Assembly (NCBI RefSeq): GCF_000143415.4
Contig: NW_003314404.1
Span: 248,001-312,000, forward strand
Source: Selaginella moellendorffii
Taxonomy: Eukaryota > Plantae > Lycopodiophyta
DNA: 64,000 nt
Direction: 5' to 3'
The translations under genes and the position numbers were made by a program. Shown here in pieces: positions 38,970 to 51,615 of this stretch. Below the pieces are notes generated by a model. It worked only from the letters and a program-made list of their open reading frames with translations. It was not told the DNA's origin and ran no database searches. The first letter of the stretch is position 1. Each line of letters begins with the position of its first letter.

Positions 38970-41394
38970 ATGGCGTGCTGGCAAGGGATTGTGTGATGCA
39001 GTTCCATGCCGAGCGGCATCTTTGAGCTACCGCGATGGCGAAGAATGCCATCCCGAGCTTGAAGCGGTCCAGCGCCGGGAATGCCTGGCGGAGATTGACC
39101 GGCAGAATGTGAGCGATCTAGCGCTGGGCTATGGATCGCTCCTCCGCTGGTGCTGCCGCCACAAATCCCTGGAAGATGGTAGGAGAGTCCACAAGCACAT
39201 TGTCGAGAATAATCTCATGGTGAACAGGTACCTGGGCAACTTCATGATCGCGGCGTGCGTGAGGGGGGGCCGCCCCTTGCAATCGCTGGAGCTCTGGGGG
39301 GAGATGGAGGAGCGAGGCATCGTCGCGGACAAGTTTATAGTGACGAGCTTGGTGGCGGCTTGCACCAAGCTCCAGGCGCTCGAGGAGGGGCGGCGGCTCC
39401 ACGAGCACCTGATCATCACGGGCTTCCGGACGGACATCCCGCTCGAGACGGCCTTGCTCCAGATGTATGGTAAGTGTGGCAGCCTCGACGATGCGAAGAG
39501 GGTGTTTGAGGGGATGGAGATCAAGGACTTATTCGCGTGGTCGTCGATCATCGCGGCGTATGCTCGCGCCGGGCGGGGAGAGATGGCGGTGGTGCTGTAC
39601 AGGAGGATGATCGCCGACGGGGTGGAACCCAACGTGGTGACTTTCGCTTGCGCTCTTGGTGGCTGTGCTAGTGTTGCGGGCCTGGCTGATGGACGAGCGA
39701 TCCACCAGAGGATTCTAGCGTCCAAGGTTCCGCAGGACGATGTTCTACAGGACTCTCTGCTCAACATGTATCTCAAGTGTGACGAGATGGTGGAGGCCAG
39801 GAAGGTGTTCGAGGGGATGAAAGCCAGGAACGTCAGGTCCTACACGGCGATGATATCGGCCTACGTCCAGGCTGGGGAGCACGCGGAAGCTCTGGAGCTC
39901 TTCTCCAGGATGAGCAAGGTGGAGGCTATCGAACCGAACGCTTATACGTTCGCCACCATCCTGGGTGCTGTTGAAGGGCTGGGGAACTTGGAGAAGGGGA
40001 GGAAGGTCCACAGGCACCTGGCTTCGCGGGGATTCGACACGAACGTTGTCGTCCAGAACGCGCTGGTGACAATGTATGGGAAGTGTGGGAGCCCGGTGGA
40101 AGCTCGGAAGGTCTTCGACTCCATGACGGCTAGGAACGTGATCTCCTGGACTTCGATGATCGCGGCCTACGCTCAGCATGGGAATCCACAGGAGGCTCTC
40201 AACCTTTTCAAGAGGATGGACGTGGAGCCGAGTGGTGTGAGCTTCTCCAGTGCTCTCAATGCCTGCGCACTGCTGGGAGCTTTGGACGAAGGCCGAGAGA
40301 TTCATCACCGAGTCGTGGAAGCCAATCTCGCGTCCCCGCAGATGGAGACTTCCTTGCTCAGCATGTACGCGAGGTGTGGAAGCCTGGACGACGCGAGGAG
40401 CGTGTTTAACAGGATGAAGACGAGAGACGCCTTCTCTTGCAATGCGATGATTGCCGCCTTCACACAGCACGGTCTTAAGAAACAGGCACACTCAGGATTT
40501 ACAGGAAGATGGAGCAGGAGGGTATTCCAGCCGACGGAATCACGTTCGTGAGCGTCCTGGTTGCTTGCAGCCATACTTCACTCGTGGCTGATTGTCGAGA
40601 TTTCCTCCAGTCTTTGGTGATGGACCACGGGGTGGTACCATTGGTGGAGCACTACCTTTGCATGGTGGACGTTCTGGGCCGCTCGGGAAGACTGGGAGAC
40701 GCCGAAGAGCTGGTGGAAACTATGCCATATCAAGCAGATGCAGGGGCCTGGATGACTTTACTGTCGGGTTGTAAGTGCCACGGTGACTTGGATCGTGGCA
40801 AGAGAACCGCCAGGAAAGTTTTCGAGCTAGCACCGGCAGAGACTCTCCCTTACGTCTTCCTCTCCAACATGTACGCGGCTGCCAAGTGATTTGACGACGC
40901 TCGAAGAGTCCGGAAGGAGATGGAGGAGCACGGAGTGACGAGGCCAGTGGCAGTAAGCTGCATCGAGATTGACAGCGAGCTACACATGTTTACGAGTGGT
41001 GGTAGAGACGAGCAGCAAGAGGGTCACGACGGCCAGACGATGGAGAGGTCCGGTCCCTGCTGCTGGAACTTTTAGAGCCCATGAAACAAGCTGGATACGT
41101 CCCCGACACGAGGGAGTTTACTTGGAGCAGCAGGGTGGCACAAGCGAGGAGGAGAAACAACGTAGCCTGTGCTTCCACAGCGAAAGGCTTGCCATCGCCT
41201 ACGGACTGATCGCTGCCAAAGATCCAGACGATTCTCGTCCGCTGAGAGTCGTCAACAGCCACCGGGTGGGCTCCGACTGCCACTCTGCGATCAAGCTCCT
41301 CTCAGATGTCACTGAGAAGAGGATTTTTGTGAGAGATGGGAGCCGGTTCCACCACTTTGAGAAGGGAGCCTGCTCGTGTGGGGATCACTGGTGA
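38970..41394 (+). pseudogene. PLS-class PPR-E/DYW-type protein, copy 2
   Basis: 520-aa PPR ORF, then a 2-bp CA insertion (about 40488), TGA at 40887-40889 and a further frameshift; DYW domain HSERLAIAYG...GDHW. Confidence 0.92.
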
Positions 41395-41607
41395 AGTTAC
41401 GTTTCTTTTGTTTCACCATATGTCCACGTGGTGGGCTCAGTTGGCGGGGGACAAAGTCAGAACAAGAAAATCGCGCCGCATAAAGGTACGTCGCAAAGTC
41501 AAAAGTTCCTATCGTTTCGTGTCTTTGTGGCGCACCTTGACTGACTGATGGATTGCAGGGCTCTCCATCAAAATCCGGAAGAGGAGTGAAGTAGTAACAA
41601 GTTGCAG

Positions 41608-44058
41608 ATGATGGAACTCATGATCTGGCTGATCCTGTTGAGCATGCTTGGATCCTCTACAGCGTCACTCAACGCACACAAAGCTGGGGTCTTGGTTGCA
41701 TTGAAAAGGAGCCTCCTGGGACTGGGAAACACCTCAGACTGGACTGTGGAAAACTCCAATCGAGCATGCACCGACTGGAAGGGAGTGATTTGCAACAGTG
41801 ACGATTCAGAGGTGGTGGAGCTTCATCTGGCAGGAAATGGATTCACAGGTGAGATCTCGTCGGTGGCACTCGGGCAGCTGGCGAGTTTGCGAGTCTTGGA
41901 CGTGAGCAAAAACCGGCTGGTCGGATCTCTTCCTGCGGAGCTCGGGCTGCTGCAAAGCTTGCAAGCTTTGGACGTCTCGGGTAACAGACTGACTGGGAGC
42001 TTGCCTCGGGATCTCGGCAACTGCAGCGCTCTTCGTTTTTTCAACGCCCAGCAAAACCAGCTTCAAGGTCCGATACCGCCCCAGCTGGGAGCGCTCCAGA
42101 GGTTGGAGATGCTCGTCCTGGACAACAACCGCTTGTCAGGTTCTCTTCCTCCGTCCCTTGCGAACTGCTCGAAGCTCCAGGAGATTTGGCTGACGAGCAA
42201 TGGTGTTGAAGGGGAGATTCCGCAGGAAGTTGGGTTTATGCAGGAGCTGCGAGTATTCTTCGTGGAGAGAAACCGGCTGGAAGGGCTCATTCCACCAGCT
42301 TTTGCAAACTGCTCGTCTCTCGAGCTCTTGGCGCTCGGGGAGAATTCTCTGGGCGGGAGGATACCAGATGAGCTTGGACGGCTCGAAAACCTGGTGGCGC
42401 TCTCGCTGTATAGCTTGCAGCGGCTGGAGGGGCCAATTCCTCCTGAGATCGGCAACAACAGCAAGCTCGAGTGGTTTGATATCAACGGAAACTCGCTCAT
42501 GCATGGCTCGATTCCAGTGTCGCTGCTTCAGCTCCCGCGCTTGGCCACCTTGCAACTCTTTGGTTTCAACAACACCTCGGACCGTCCGGTCCCGGAGCAG
42601 CTCTGGAACATGACTCAGCTCGAGTTTCTGGGAATCGGGAGGACAAACAGCCGAGGGATCCTGTCACCGATCGTCGGAAACTTGACAAGGCTTCGGTCGC
42701 TGAGACTCAACGGGAACCGCTTTGAAGGAAGCGTTCCAGACGAGCTGTCCAAGTGTCCCAGGATGGAGATGCTGATCCTCTCCAACAACAGACTCCTGGG
42801 AGGCGTTCCTCGATCGCTTGGCACGCTTGAGCGTCTCAGAGTTTTGATGCTCGGTGGAAACCAGCTCTCCGGAGCAATACCAGAGGAGCTCGGGAACTGC
42901 ACCAACCTGGAAGAGCTGGTCCTCGAGAGGAACTTCTTCCATGGAGCAATACCCGAGTCCATCGCCAGGATGGCAAAGCTTCGGAGTTTGCTCCTTTACG
43001 GAAACCAGCTCTCCGGAGTGATTCCAGCTCCAGCTTCGCCAGAGATAATCGACATGAGGCTGCACGGCAACAGCTTATCAGGCTCCATCCCTCCCTCCGT
43101 TGGCAACCTTTCCAAACTTTCCATACTCTATCTCTCCAACAACAAGCTGGACGGCTCCATCCCGGCCACTCTCGGACAGCTTCGACGATTGACACAGGTG
43201 GACTTGTCCGAGAACCAGCTCACGGGTGGTATTCCTGGCAGCCTCGCAAGCTGTGACTCCTTGCAGCTACTGGATCTATCCTCCAACCTCCTGAGTGGAG
43301 AGATTCCGGCGTCCATCGGTGAATTGACCGGCTTCCAGACCACGGACAAGAACCAGGCTCTCAACATATCGCCCATGACACCGTCGGGAGTGTTTCCGGA
43401 GAACTCCACCGATGCATACCGAAGAACTGTGTCCAAGGATATGGATGCCTCCTTGGATGGACACACGTACCAGCAATACGCAAGGGAGTTGGAGGTGCCA
43501 GGGGTGCTCGACTTGTCGGCGAACCAGCTCACCGGTGAGATTCCCGCAAGCTTGGGAAAGCTGGCTGGAGTCCGGGAGCTCAACTTGTCACACAACCGGC
43601 TGTCTGGAGGCATTCCATGGACTCTGGGAGAGATGACGTCCATGGCAATGCTGGATCTCTCTTTCAACCGGATCAATGGGACGATACCAGGGGGACTGGC
43701 GAGGCTTCACTTGCTCAAGGATCTGAGGGTCGTGTTTAATGACTTGGAAGGCAGGATTCCAGAGACTCTGGAGTTTAGCGCGTCGAGCTACGAGGGAAAT
43801 CCAGGACTGTGCGGGGAGCCTCTCTCGCGGCCGTGCGAAGGAGATGGCCTCGTGGACGTGGGCGATGGTGTAACTTGGTGGAAGGAGAACGTCTCCAATG
43901 GGGCCTTTGTAGTGGGATTTCTTGGTGGGTTCTTGACGATGTTGTGGAGCGCCATCTTTTTATTTGTTTGCCAACCCAGCATTGTTTATCTGCTAAAACA
44001 CTCACAGGTTATGAAACGAACAAGAGAGCGAACAGGAATCACTAGTACTACAACCTAG
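41608..44058 (+). CDS. LRR receptor-like protein (intact, intronless)
   Basis: Signal peptide, LRRNT, more than 20 plant LRRs, island region, GNPGLCG cap, TM helix (GAFVVGFLGGFLTMLWSAIFLFV), short tail, no kinase. Confidence 0.93.
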   Translation: MMELMIWLILLSMLGSSTASLNAHKAGVLVALKRSLLGLGNTSDWTVENSNRACTDWKGVICNSDDSEVVELHLAGNGFTGEISSVALGQLASLRVLDVSKNRLVGSLPAELGLLQSLQALDVSGNRLTGSLPRDLGNCSALRFFNAQQNQLQGPIPPQLGALQRLEMLVLDNNRLSGSLPPSLANCSKLQEIWLTSNGVEGEIPQEVGFMQELRVFFVERNRLEGLIPPAFANCSSLELLALGENSLGGRIPDELGRLENLVALSLYSLQRLEGPIPPEIGNNSKLEWFDINGNSLMHGSIPVSLLQLPRLATLQLFGFNNTSDRPVPEQLWNMTQLEFLGIGRTNSRGILSPIVGNLTRLRSLRLNGNRFEGSVPDELSKCPRMEMLILSNNRLLGGVPRSLGTLERLRVLMLGGNQLSGAIPEELGNCTNLEELVLERNFFHGAIPESIARMAKLRSLLLYGNQLSGVIPAPASPEIIDMRLHGNSLSGSIPPSVGNLSKLSILYLSNNKLDGSIPATLGQLRRLTQVDLSENQLTGGIPGSLASCDSLQLLDLSSNLLSGEIPASIGELTGFQTTDKNQALNISPMTPSGVFPENSTDAYRRTVSKDMDASLDGHTYQQYARELEVPGVLDLSANQLTGEIPASLGKLAGVRELNLSHNRLSGGIPWTLGEMTSMAMLDLSFNRINGTIPGGLARLHLLKDLRVVFNDLEGRIPETLEFSASSYEGNPGLCGEPLSRPCEGDGLVDVGDGVTWWKENVSNGAFVVGFLGGFLTMLWSAIFLFVCQPSIVYLLKHSQVMKRTRERTGITSTTT

Positions 44059-47016
44059 ATTTTTATGATATTACTTTTTTGGTTTCTTGTTGCAATCGCC
44101 TCTTAAGAAGCATGCAAGGGGAGGATATATCCTGCCAAGAGCTCTTCGTTCCTAGATTACTACCTCAACTTTTGCAATGTAAAAGTCCAGGCTCAATTCA
44201 CCGATAGACCTGGAGCACTTCATGCAGACTGAATATGAGGTGCTTCGAGGCTCTGTATTTTAGGAGCTTTCCGTTGCTTATGTACTGCTTGGACCAATGC
44301 TGCCTAACAGTTCCTTTTTTACATTTACTAATTCTTCTTAGGTTGATGGTAGAGGAAGGAAACAGTAGGGGAATATTCTTTGGGATCTTTGCCAAAACGG
44401 AAAAATGTTTGGGTCCACTATACATAAATTAATGTTATTAACCTTTACTTTTAATTTTCACCGGATATGACCTATTTTAGAAACTGCAAATCTGAAGATC
44501 GGGGAAATCTTGTGATCTAAAGTGGATTGCATGCGATGGTTGCCAGCCTTTGGAACCGAGACCAAGGTTGTTGCGATACTACAAAGGAGATTTGAAAATC
44601 GTTCTACTGGAGGAAAATGAGTTACTGCTGAGCTGAGTTCCCATTGGTTGGCTAATTGCGAACGATAGCAGGTGCCGATGCTATCCACTATGTATGGAGG
44701 CCAGTGATCAAGAATAATGGGGCTGTGGACTACACTTTTCTTCCTAGGACGCTGGTGCAACGAACTTTAGCAGCGTGCCATGGAACAATATCTATGCCGG
44801 TACCAGTATACCGCCCGAGTTTGTACTCTGCTTCCTCCTGCTGGAATCGAGCTATGACCAGTTCGGCTTCCAGAGCTATGGTAACAAAACAAGCTGTGAA
44901 AGGTTCGTTGCATATGCTTTTGTAGCCGCTCATACTTAAGGAACGAACAATGCAGGTATTGCTAGTGCAAAAAGCGTTGCTGCAGTACAATGTTCCCGTT
45001 CCGTGTCAGAGGAGGTGAAGATGTCGAGATTGTCAATGACATCGAGCGAAACGGTGAAGTGTGCGAAACTAACTTTTTTTATCCAGGAGTGTGAACAAGA
45101 AGCGGAAGTTTGCCTTCTGAATATGTCTTGTTTAAAGTGATCTATCTGTCTCTTCGATAATTTCAGCTTTCTCTCTCTTGCAGTGAAGCCATTCATCTAA
45201 GCTCCTTAACCTTAACACTCCATGGTATATCCTTTGAAGCGATACATGGAAGATTAGCATCCATCTAGCATCAAGCTGAACATGCCACATTTGTCATTTG
45301 TTGGATCATATTTGACATCAGTCTAGAAAAAGAACTGCATAAATTTCTGTTGCAGTCTAAATGTCCAACTTTCAAGTCTCATCCAGTTTAGTTTCATCTG
45401 TTACGTAACAACTTGATTTTTTCAGCAAACCAAAATAATTTGTATTCTTAGTCTCATTTCCAGAACCATAAGCAGGTGCATGGTTTTTCAGTGGAATGCG
45501 GCCTATCCTTGCCACCACTTCTTTATATTCATCACCCAATGGTATTGTCTCGATGAGGCATCTTGTCTTAACATGCTCTTTGGGTTCCTCAGTGTATATC
45601 TCTTAATCTTTTGATTATTTTGATTTTATTTATCAATTACTAGTTTCTTCTGAAATTTTATTTTCGTTAGCTTAGATCACAAAGATTGTTGTGGGCGTCC
45701 TAATTTTAAATACTAGTAAAAATCCCACTGATATCATTGTAATCATAGTCTGCTGGGTTGCTCTCTCGTTCATATCTTTTCTTTATGAGGAGGCAATGTC
45801 ACTGTGTGTGAAGAGATGCCTGAGTAATCACGGGCTTAGATTCTAGAGGTAGGGCATCATTTGTTAAGCAGCACTAATTTGTATTATGTCCTAAGGTACT
45901 GTACCCAGGGACGTGAGCGGGTGGAATTCATGGGAGGTACGCATGAATCAGTGTATGCGCACATCAACGAGCTAAGGAACATGTTGGACGAGGAAGTCTT
46001 CGTTCTTATGCATTTCTCAAACTAATGAAGCACAGGCATCCATTACAGCATAATACTCTTGCTTTGTCCGGGCATCGTGCACGGGGAAGTCGCCAGCTGG
46101 GAGTTTACGTCTGCTACTGCAGCCTTGCGAGCGTACATTCTTCGAGATAGAGCACCATGGAAGCCTCGGTGCTGTAGCTTGCAAGCTTGTCTGCGAGCTC
46201 CGGGGTCCTAGGGGGGAGGAGCTGGATGGGAAGTCTCCGCTTAGGGCACGTGGAACAAATCAAACGTACCGACAAATAACGTCCTATGTATTTTATACGG
46301 CTATGAGAGGCATCATGGGATTGGTAACATAAGGCGTGCGCCGGTTCCTCCGGCACTGCGACATGGACTCGGAGTTTAGGGGCTGGATTCTTCCGGCAGT
46401 TCCCGCTGATTAGGCACTCAAGAATGTCATGCATTGCCTTCAAAGTCTGGATCGAAGTAATGATCAGCGAGCTGCGAAGAGGGCGGTCTTGCATCACGGG
46501 TCATTCAAGGGCTATATTTTGAGAGTGTGTCATTTATGAAGGAACGAGCTTGAGCTGCAGCATGCCAACTGACATGCGGATGCAGGAACTGGTGTGATCC
46601 CCAGCATTGAAGGCCCAGCTTTCTCCGTCGAGATTACTGTCTCGAAAGCTCCAATCCGAGAAGCCGAGAAGAATGATAGTCCTTGTTCTTGTCATCCAGG
46701 GCCTGTCGAAGGATGGTTGTCGTTTGGTTTATGTTGAGCTCATCATATCGCACTGACCGCGAACCAAAGAACTGGTGTACACGAAGTTGAAGACGGTGCA
46801 TGGTCTTGATTGCAAGCATGAGTCGAGAAAGAGCTTCGTGCTTTGCCCGCCGCACATCTGCAAGCAAATCCCGATACAGGGTGGCTACAAGCCGTCTCAG
46901 CTGACAAGCTTAAATGCGAGTTCCGTGTTTTGGACGTACCGCGAGATATCGGTCTGACAAGCTTGAAGCTTCTATTCTTTGATTGGTTGATATGAAGGAA
47001 ACCAAGAATGGACAGT

Positions 47017-47060
47017 GGATTCACAGCCGGCTGACGAGTTTGCGAGTTTTGGACGTGAGC
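47017..47060 (+). pseudogene. Tiny remnant of the LRR-RLP gene
   Basis: ggattcacag...gctgacgagtttgcgagttttggacgtgagc matches the LRR copies (about 41839-41907) with an internal deletion. Confidence 0.5.
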
Positions 47061-47253
47061 TAGTGGCTACATTTTCCTCAAAACGAGCTCCAAGGTACAA
47101 TACAAGTCGTAGATCTCCATGCGCAGCCTTGGACTTTAGTTCAATTCTCACAGTTGACTCTTGCTAGAATCACTGTTCCACCGTAGAATATATGATCTTC
47201 CAGCTGTATAAAGAAGCAATTTCCCAATTGGCAGCGTAAGAGGTTTTGCGTTC

Positions 47254-48656
47254 ATGGAAATCCTCCCAGTTGTGCTCTTTGTAGCTTTTATTCTCTTCTT
47301 AGTTCTATCATGGAGCTACAGATCTTTCAAAAACCTCCCCTCAGGCCCATGGGGACTGCCCCTGATCGGCCACCTTCATTTACTAGCAGGAAAGCCCCCA
47401 CATAGGTGTTTACAATCTATCTCCTGAAAGTATGGCCCCATTGTGTTCTTGAAGATGGGAATGACGCCCACTGTGGTTATCTCTAGCCAGAAGATAATCA
47501 AGGAAGTATTTACCACACACGACATAAAGTTTGGTTCCAGGCCATACATGGTTTTAGGCGACCACTTCAGCTATAACTATTCGGGATTTGGAACTTCTCC
47601 ATATGGGAAGTACTGGAAAGACACTCGCAAGCTGTGTTCCATGGAGCTCTTCACAGCCAAGTCCATCGATTCATTTGCGTGGATGAGAAAGGAGGAGCTC
47701 TCCCATGCCTTGGGAGAGATCTTAAAGTCTTTCAGGAACAGCAAGCCCGTGCTGTTCTCCATTTTTGCTTTCAACAATATGTCCAGGATTTTGATGAGCA
47801 AGAGGTACTTTGGTGAAGACGAAGTCGACTCCGACGCTTTAGAATTCAAAGAGATTCTGCTCTCCATTGTCGACCTGGTGATCAATCCCTCGTGCATTAG
47901 CACCCTCGTACCGTGGTATTTAAGATGGCTGGACTGGTAGATCCCTCGGTACAAACAAATCCATGCGAGACAAGAGAAGTTCTTGCGAAAGATCATTGAC
48001 GAGCACAAGGAAACGACACGGGAATGCAAGGACTTCCTTGATATCATGCTTGAGTTCTACGGAAATAATGCCCAGGGGGAAACACACGTTAAAGCAAATC
48101 TGTTGGTAAGACTTCTTCTTATGTACTTTGTGATTGCTATAACTTTCATTCCAGGAGATGCTTATGGCTGGGACTGACGCTACTGCTACCACAATCGAAT
48201 GGATCATGGCCTTGGTGATGCATAATCCTCGGGTTTTGATCAAGCTCCGGGAGGAGCTTGACCGAGTCGTAGGCAGTGACCAGATGGTCCAAGAATCCGA
48301 CATCCCAAAGCTCGACTATCTCCAGCTTGTTCTCAAGGAGACACTTAGAATGTATCCTCCAGGAGTGCTCCTTTTCCCACGCATGGCCACCCAGGAAGCC
48401 ACAATTGCCGGTTATACCGTTCCAAAGGGAACCACTCTCCTGGTGAATGTTTGGGCTGTGCATATGGATTTGGCAGTGTGGGAGAATCCCACCCAGTTTT
48501 ACCCAGAGCGCTTCTTGGGGAGCTCCATCGATTTCAAAGGCCAAAACTTTGAGCTCCTCCCGTTTGGATCCGGTCGTAGAATGTGTCCTGGAATGCCCTT
48601 GGGATTGCGAACTGTGGAGCTGTTGGTGGCCAATTTTGTTCACGGCTTTGATTGGA
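47254..48656 (+). pseudogene. Cytochrome P450 (CYP71-clan) with premature stops, interrupted by an LTR element
   Basis: LPSGPWGLPLIGHLHLL, AGTD(A)[21 protein letters not shown]; intron 48106-48154; stops at about 47425 and 47938; sequence switches to LTR at 48657. Confidence 0.9.
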
Positions 48657-51615
48657 TGTTAGGCGCCAGCTTTGACCATGTGATCAACGTTGGTAAAAGG
48701 GAGGCTCAAGGGTATGTTAAAGTATGTTAGGGTGAAGAACTTAACCTACCCTAAGGCTCACAGTAGAATAATGGCACAGTGGAGCTTTTGAGGTAGCTCG
48801 GGGGTGATTAGGTGGTGAGGAAGCCCAAGAGGTGGTGTAGTATAGTCTAGGGTGACTAGTTCTCTATTTTTTTGCACCGGATCATAATATTGGTATCAGA
48901 GGAGTTGGTTGTGATGGCCGACCAAGCTAAATGCTAGAATTCTATTGTCAATGGTGGTGCCGACGATAGTGCCAATGAAGCTGTAGAGATTTGGACCATT
49001 CAAGATGTGGTTCATGAGCTGCAAGCCCTTAATCAAAATCAGCAAGAGATGCAAGACAAGATGCAAGACGAGATGCATGGCATGATAGATACCATATGTG
49101 AGCGTGTTGAAGCACTCGAGGTTGGACAGGGTAGTGCTCCAAGTAAACCTTCTTTGGTAGATTGATTCAAGATTCCAACTTTTTCCGGTGATGGTGGTGT
49201 GGACGAGTGTCTCGCTTGGCTAGCCAATGTGAAGAAGTTCTTGGCTGCTAGGGGAACTCCAGATGCAGAGGCTTTAGTGGCTATTCTAATGGTTTTACGT
49301 GATGTGGGTCTTTGATGGTGGAATTAGCTTGAGGAGTCTCATATTGCAGATAAGAAACCACCAATGTCTACCATGGATGAGTTTGAGGCTGCTTTCCGCT
49401 TATATTTTGCCCCTTATTACGACATGGAGAATGCTCGCTCGGGGACTATATTGAGAAGCTTACTCGCTTGATTAGTTGTGTTCCAACGAAGGATCCAGAT
49501 CAGAACAAGTCATACTTCATTGATGGCTTACATAGTGAGAGCATGCAGCAACACTTGCGTCATTCTCAGCCTACAAAGAGTTTGGACGAGCTCTTTGATG
49601 CGGCTTGTTGACTTGATAATGACAAGCACAAGTCTCGCAAGCGTTCGTAGAGTCATTTTGTCGAGAATTGTCGTGATGATCACCGTGGACACAAGGATGG
49701 GAACAAGCATCACAAGCTGAAGCCAATGGTGATTACTTCAGATGCAAAGGGGTCCAAGAAGTAGAAGTTCTTTGTGAAGAATTATAAACAGGGTTGTCAT
49801 CATTGCGGCGAACTTGGACACTATAAAACTGATTGTCCACAGTTAAAGAACAAACAGCAGGACAAGAAGAATGGCCAATCTTCTCCTCACGGTAAGTCAA
49901 ATACTAAAAAGTTCCAAACTTTGCAATGTGAGGATGACGAAAATGACCATTTCGGTTGGAGGAAGAGACTTTTGATTGTTGCTCGTCAGCTCAATATTGT
50001 GTGGAACAAGATGGAGCTCGAGGATACGTGTGAATCAACTTTAATGTTGGAGGGCATGTTCCGTGGCGATCCAGTGCGGATTTTATTGGATAGTGGGAGC
50101 AATGACAATTTTGTTTCGGCAAAGTTTGTTGCGGAGCATGGCCTGGTCACATGTGGAGTTCTTCCATACACAGTGGAAGGTGCAGTTACTTCTACTTAGC
50201 ATTTCGATACTTGTATCGAGGGGCTGGAAATGTTGGTTGGCAAAACTACACTTATGAAGACTTTTTATCTCGTGGATATTCATCATGTGGATCTCATTCT
50301 TGGGATGCCATGGTTGGTGAAGGTGGATCCAGAGATAAAGTGGAATATTAAATGTATCTCGCTGGAGTATTGTGGCATTAAAGATGTGTGGTTTGGCGAG
50401 GGCGTTCAGCCACTAATTGTTATGCTCTCTGCTACATCTTTGAAGCGGGCTTGTCGTAATGGAAAAGCACTTTCAAGTTACTTGCTGTTTGTTCGTGACT
50501 TGGGGGACCAAGGCACGTGTGGGGGAGAAGCAGCAGTACGGGATATACTTGACAAGTTTTCTGATGTTTTTCCATCTGAACTTCCTCATGGATTGCCTCC
50601 GTTACGAGGTATGGAGCATGGGATTACATTGGAGCCATGGACACGGCCAATTTACCGGTGTCCATTTCGGTTAAGTTATGCGGAGGAGCAAGAAGTTCAA
50701 CGACAAATCAAAAAATTACTTGAGTTTGGATTTATTCAGCCAAGTAAGTCTCCGTTTGGTGCTCCAGTCTTGCTTGTGAAGAAGAAGGATGGTTCAATGC
50801 GAATGTGTATTGACTACCGCACTTTGAACAAGAAGATAGTGAAGGATAAGATGCCGATGCCACATGTGGATGATATCCTAGACAAGCTTAATGAAACATG
50901 AGTGTTTACCAAGATTGATCTGAGGAGTGGATATCATCAGATTGTAATGGATGATGCATCTATCTCCAAGACGGCATTCAACACAAGCTTCGAACATTTT
51001 GAGTTTATAGTTATGCCGTTTGGTTTGACGAATGCACCAGCCACATTTACTCGGTTGATGACGGAGGTATTTGGGTGTTATTTTCATGAGTTTGTGGAGA
51101 TTTTTCTGGACGATATTTTTGTTTTTAGCAAGAATATGGAAGAGCATAAGATGCATTTGCGCAAGGTTCTTTTGTTGTTCCGAGACAGCAAACTTTATGC
51201 GAAGAAGAGCAAATGTGAATTTGCAAAGTCGGAGGTGGAATATTTAGGCCATATTGTGACATCTAAGGGTGTCAAGATGAATCCAAGGAAGGTGGCTGTG
51301 GTGGAAAACTAACCTACACCGACTACACTGGCCAAGTTGCGTAGTTTTCTTAGTATGGCTAGTTACTACTGACATTTTCAGCATAAATTTGCAGAGGTGG
51401 CTATTCCTTTGACGCGGTTGTTACGCAAGAATGTGTCATTTGAGTGGAAGAAGCCACAAGAGGAGAGTTTTGTAACGCTGAAATGATTGTTGAGTGAGAC
51501 TCCAGTGTTTTGCATTGCTGATCCATCGAAACTTTATGAGGTGACATGCAATGCGAGTGGTTATGCACTGGGAGGAATTCTCATGCAAGAGGGACAACCT
51601 ATTGCATATGAGAGT
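48657..51615 (+). mobile_element. Ty3/Gypsy retrotransposon, 5' part (LTR, tRNA-Met PBS, gag, protease, RT, partial RNase H)
   Basis: TG-start LTR at 48657 to about 48889; TGGTATCAGA at 48891; zinc knuckle CHHCGELGHYKTDC; LLDSGS; FLDDIF; truncated at GQPIAYES. Confidence 0.9.

Noticed and set aside
40887-40889. TGA in PPR copies 1 and 2 as a stop rescued by RNA editing
   Set aside because: These are nuclear genes with additional frameshifts; CGA>TGA is simply explained by CpG deamination.
39118-43676. Long antisense ORFs over PPR and LRR genes (also over copies 1 and 3)
   Set aside because: Shadow frames of GC-rich coding sequence with no recognisable motifs.
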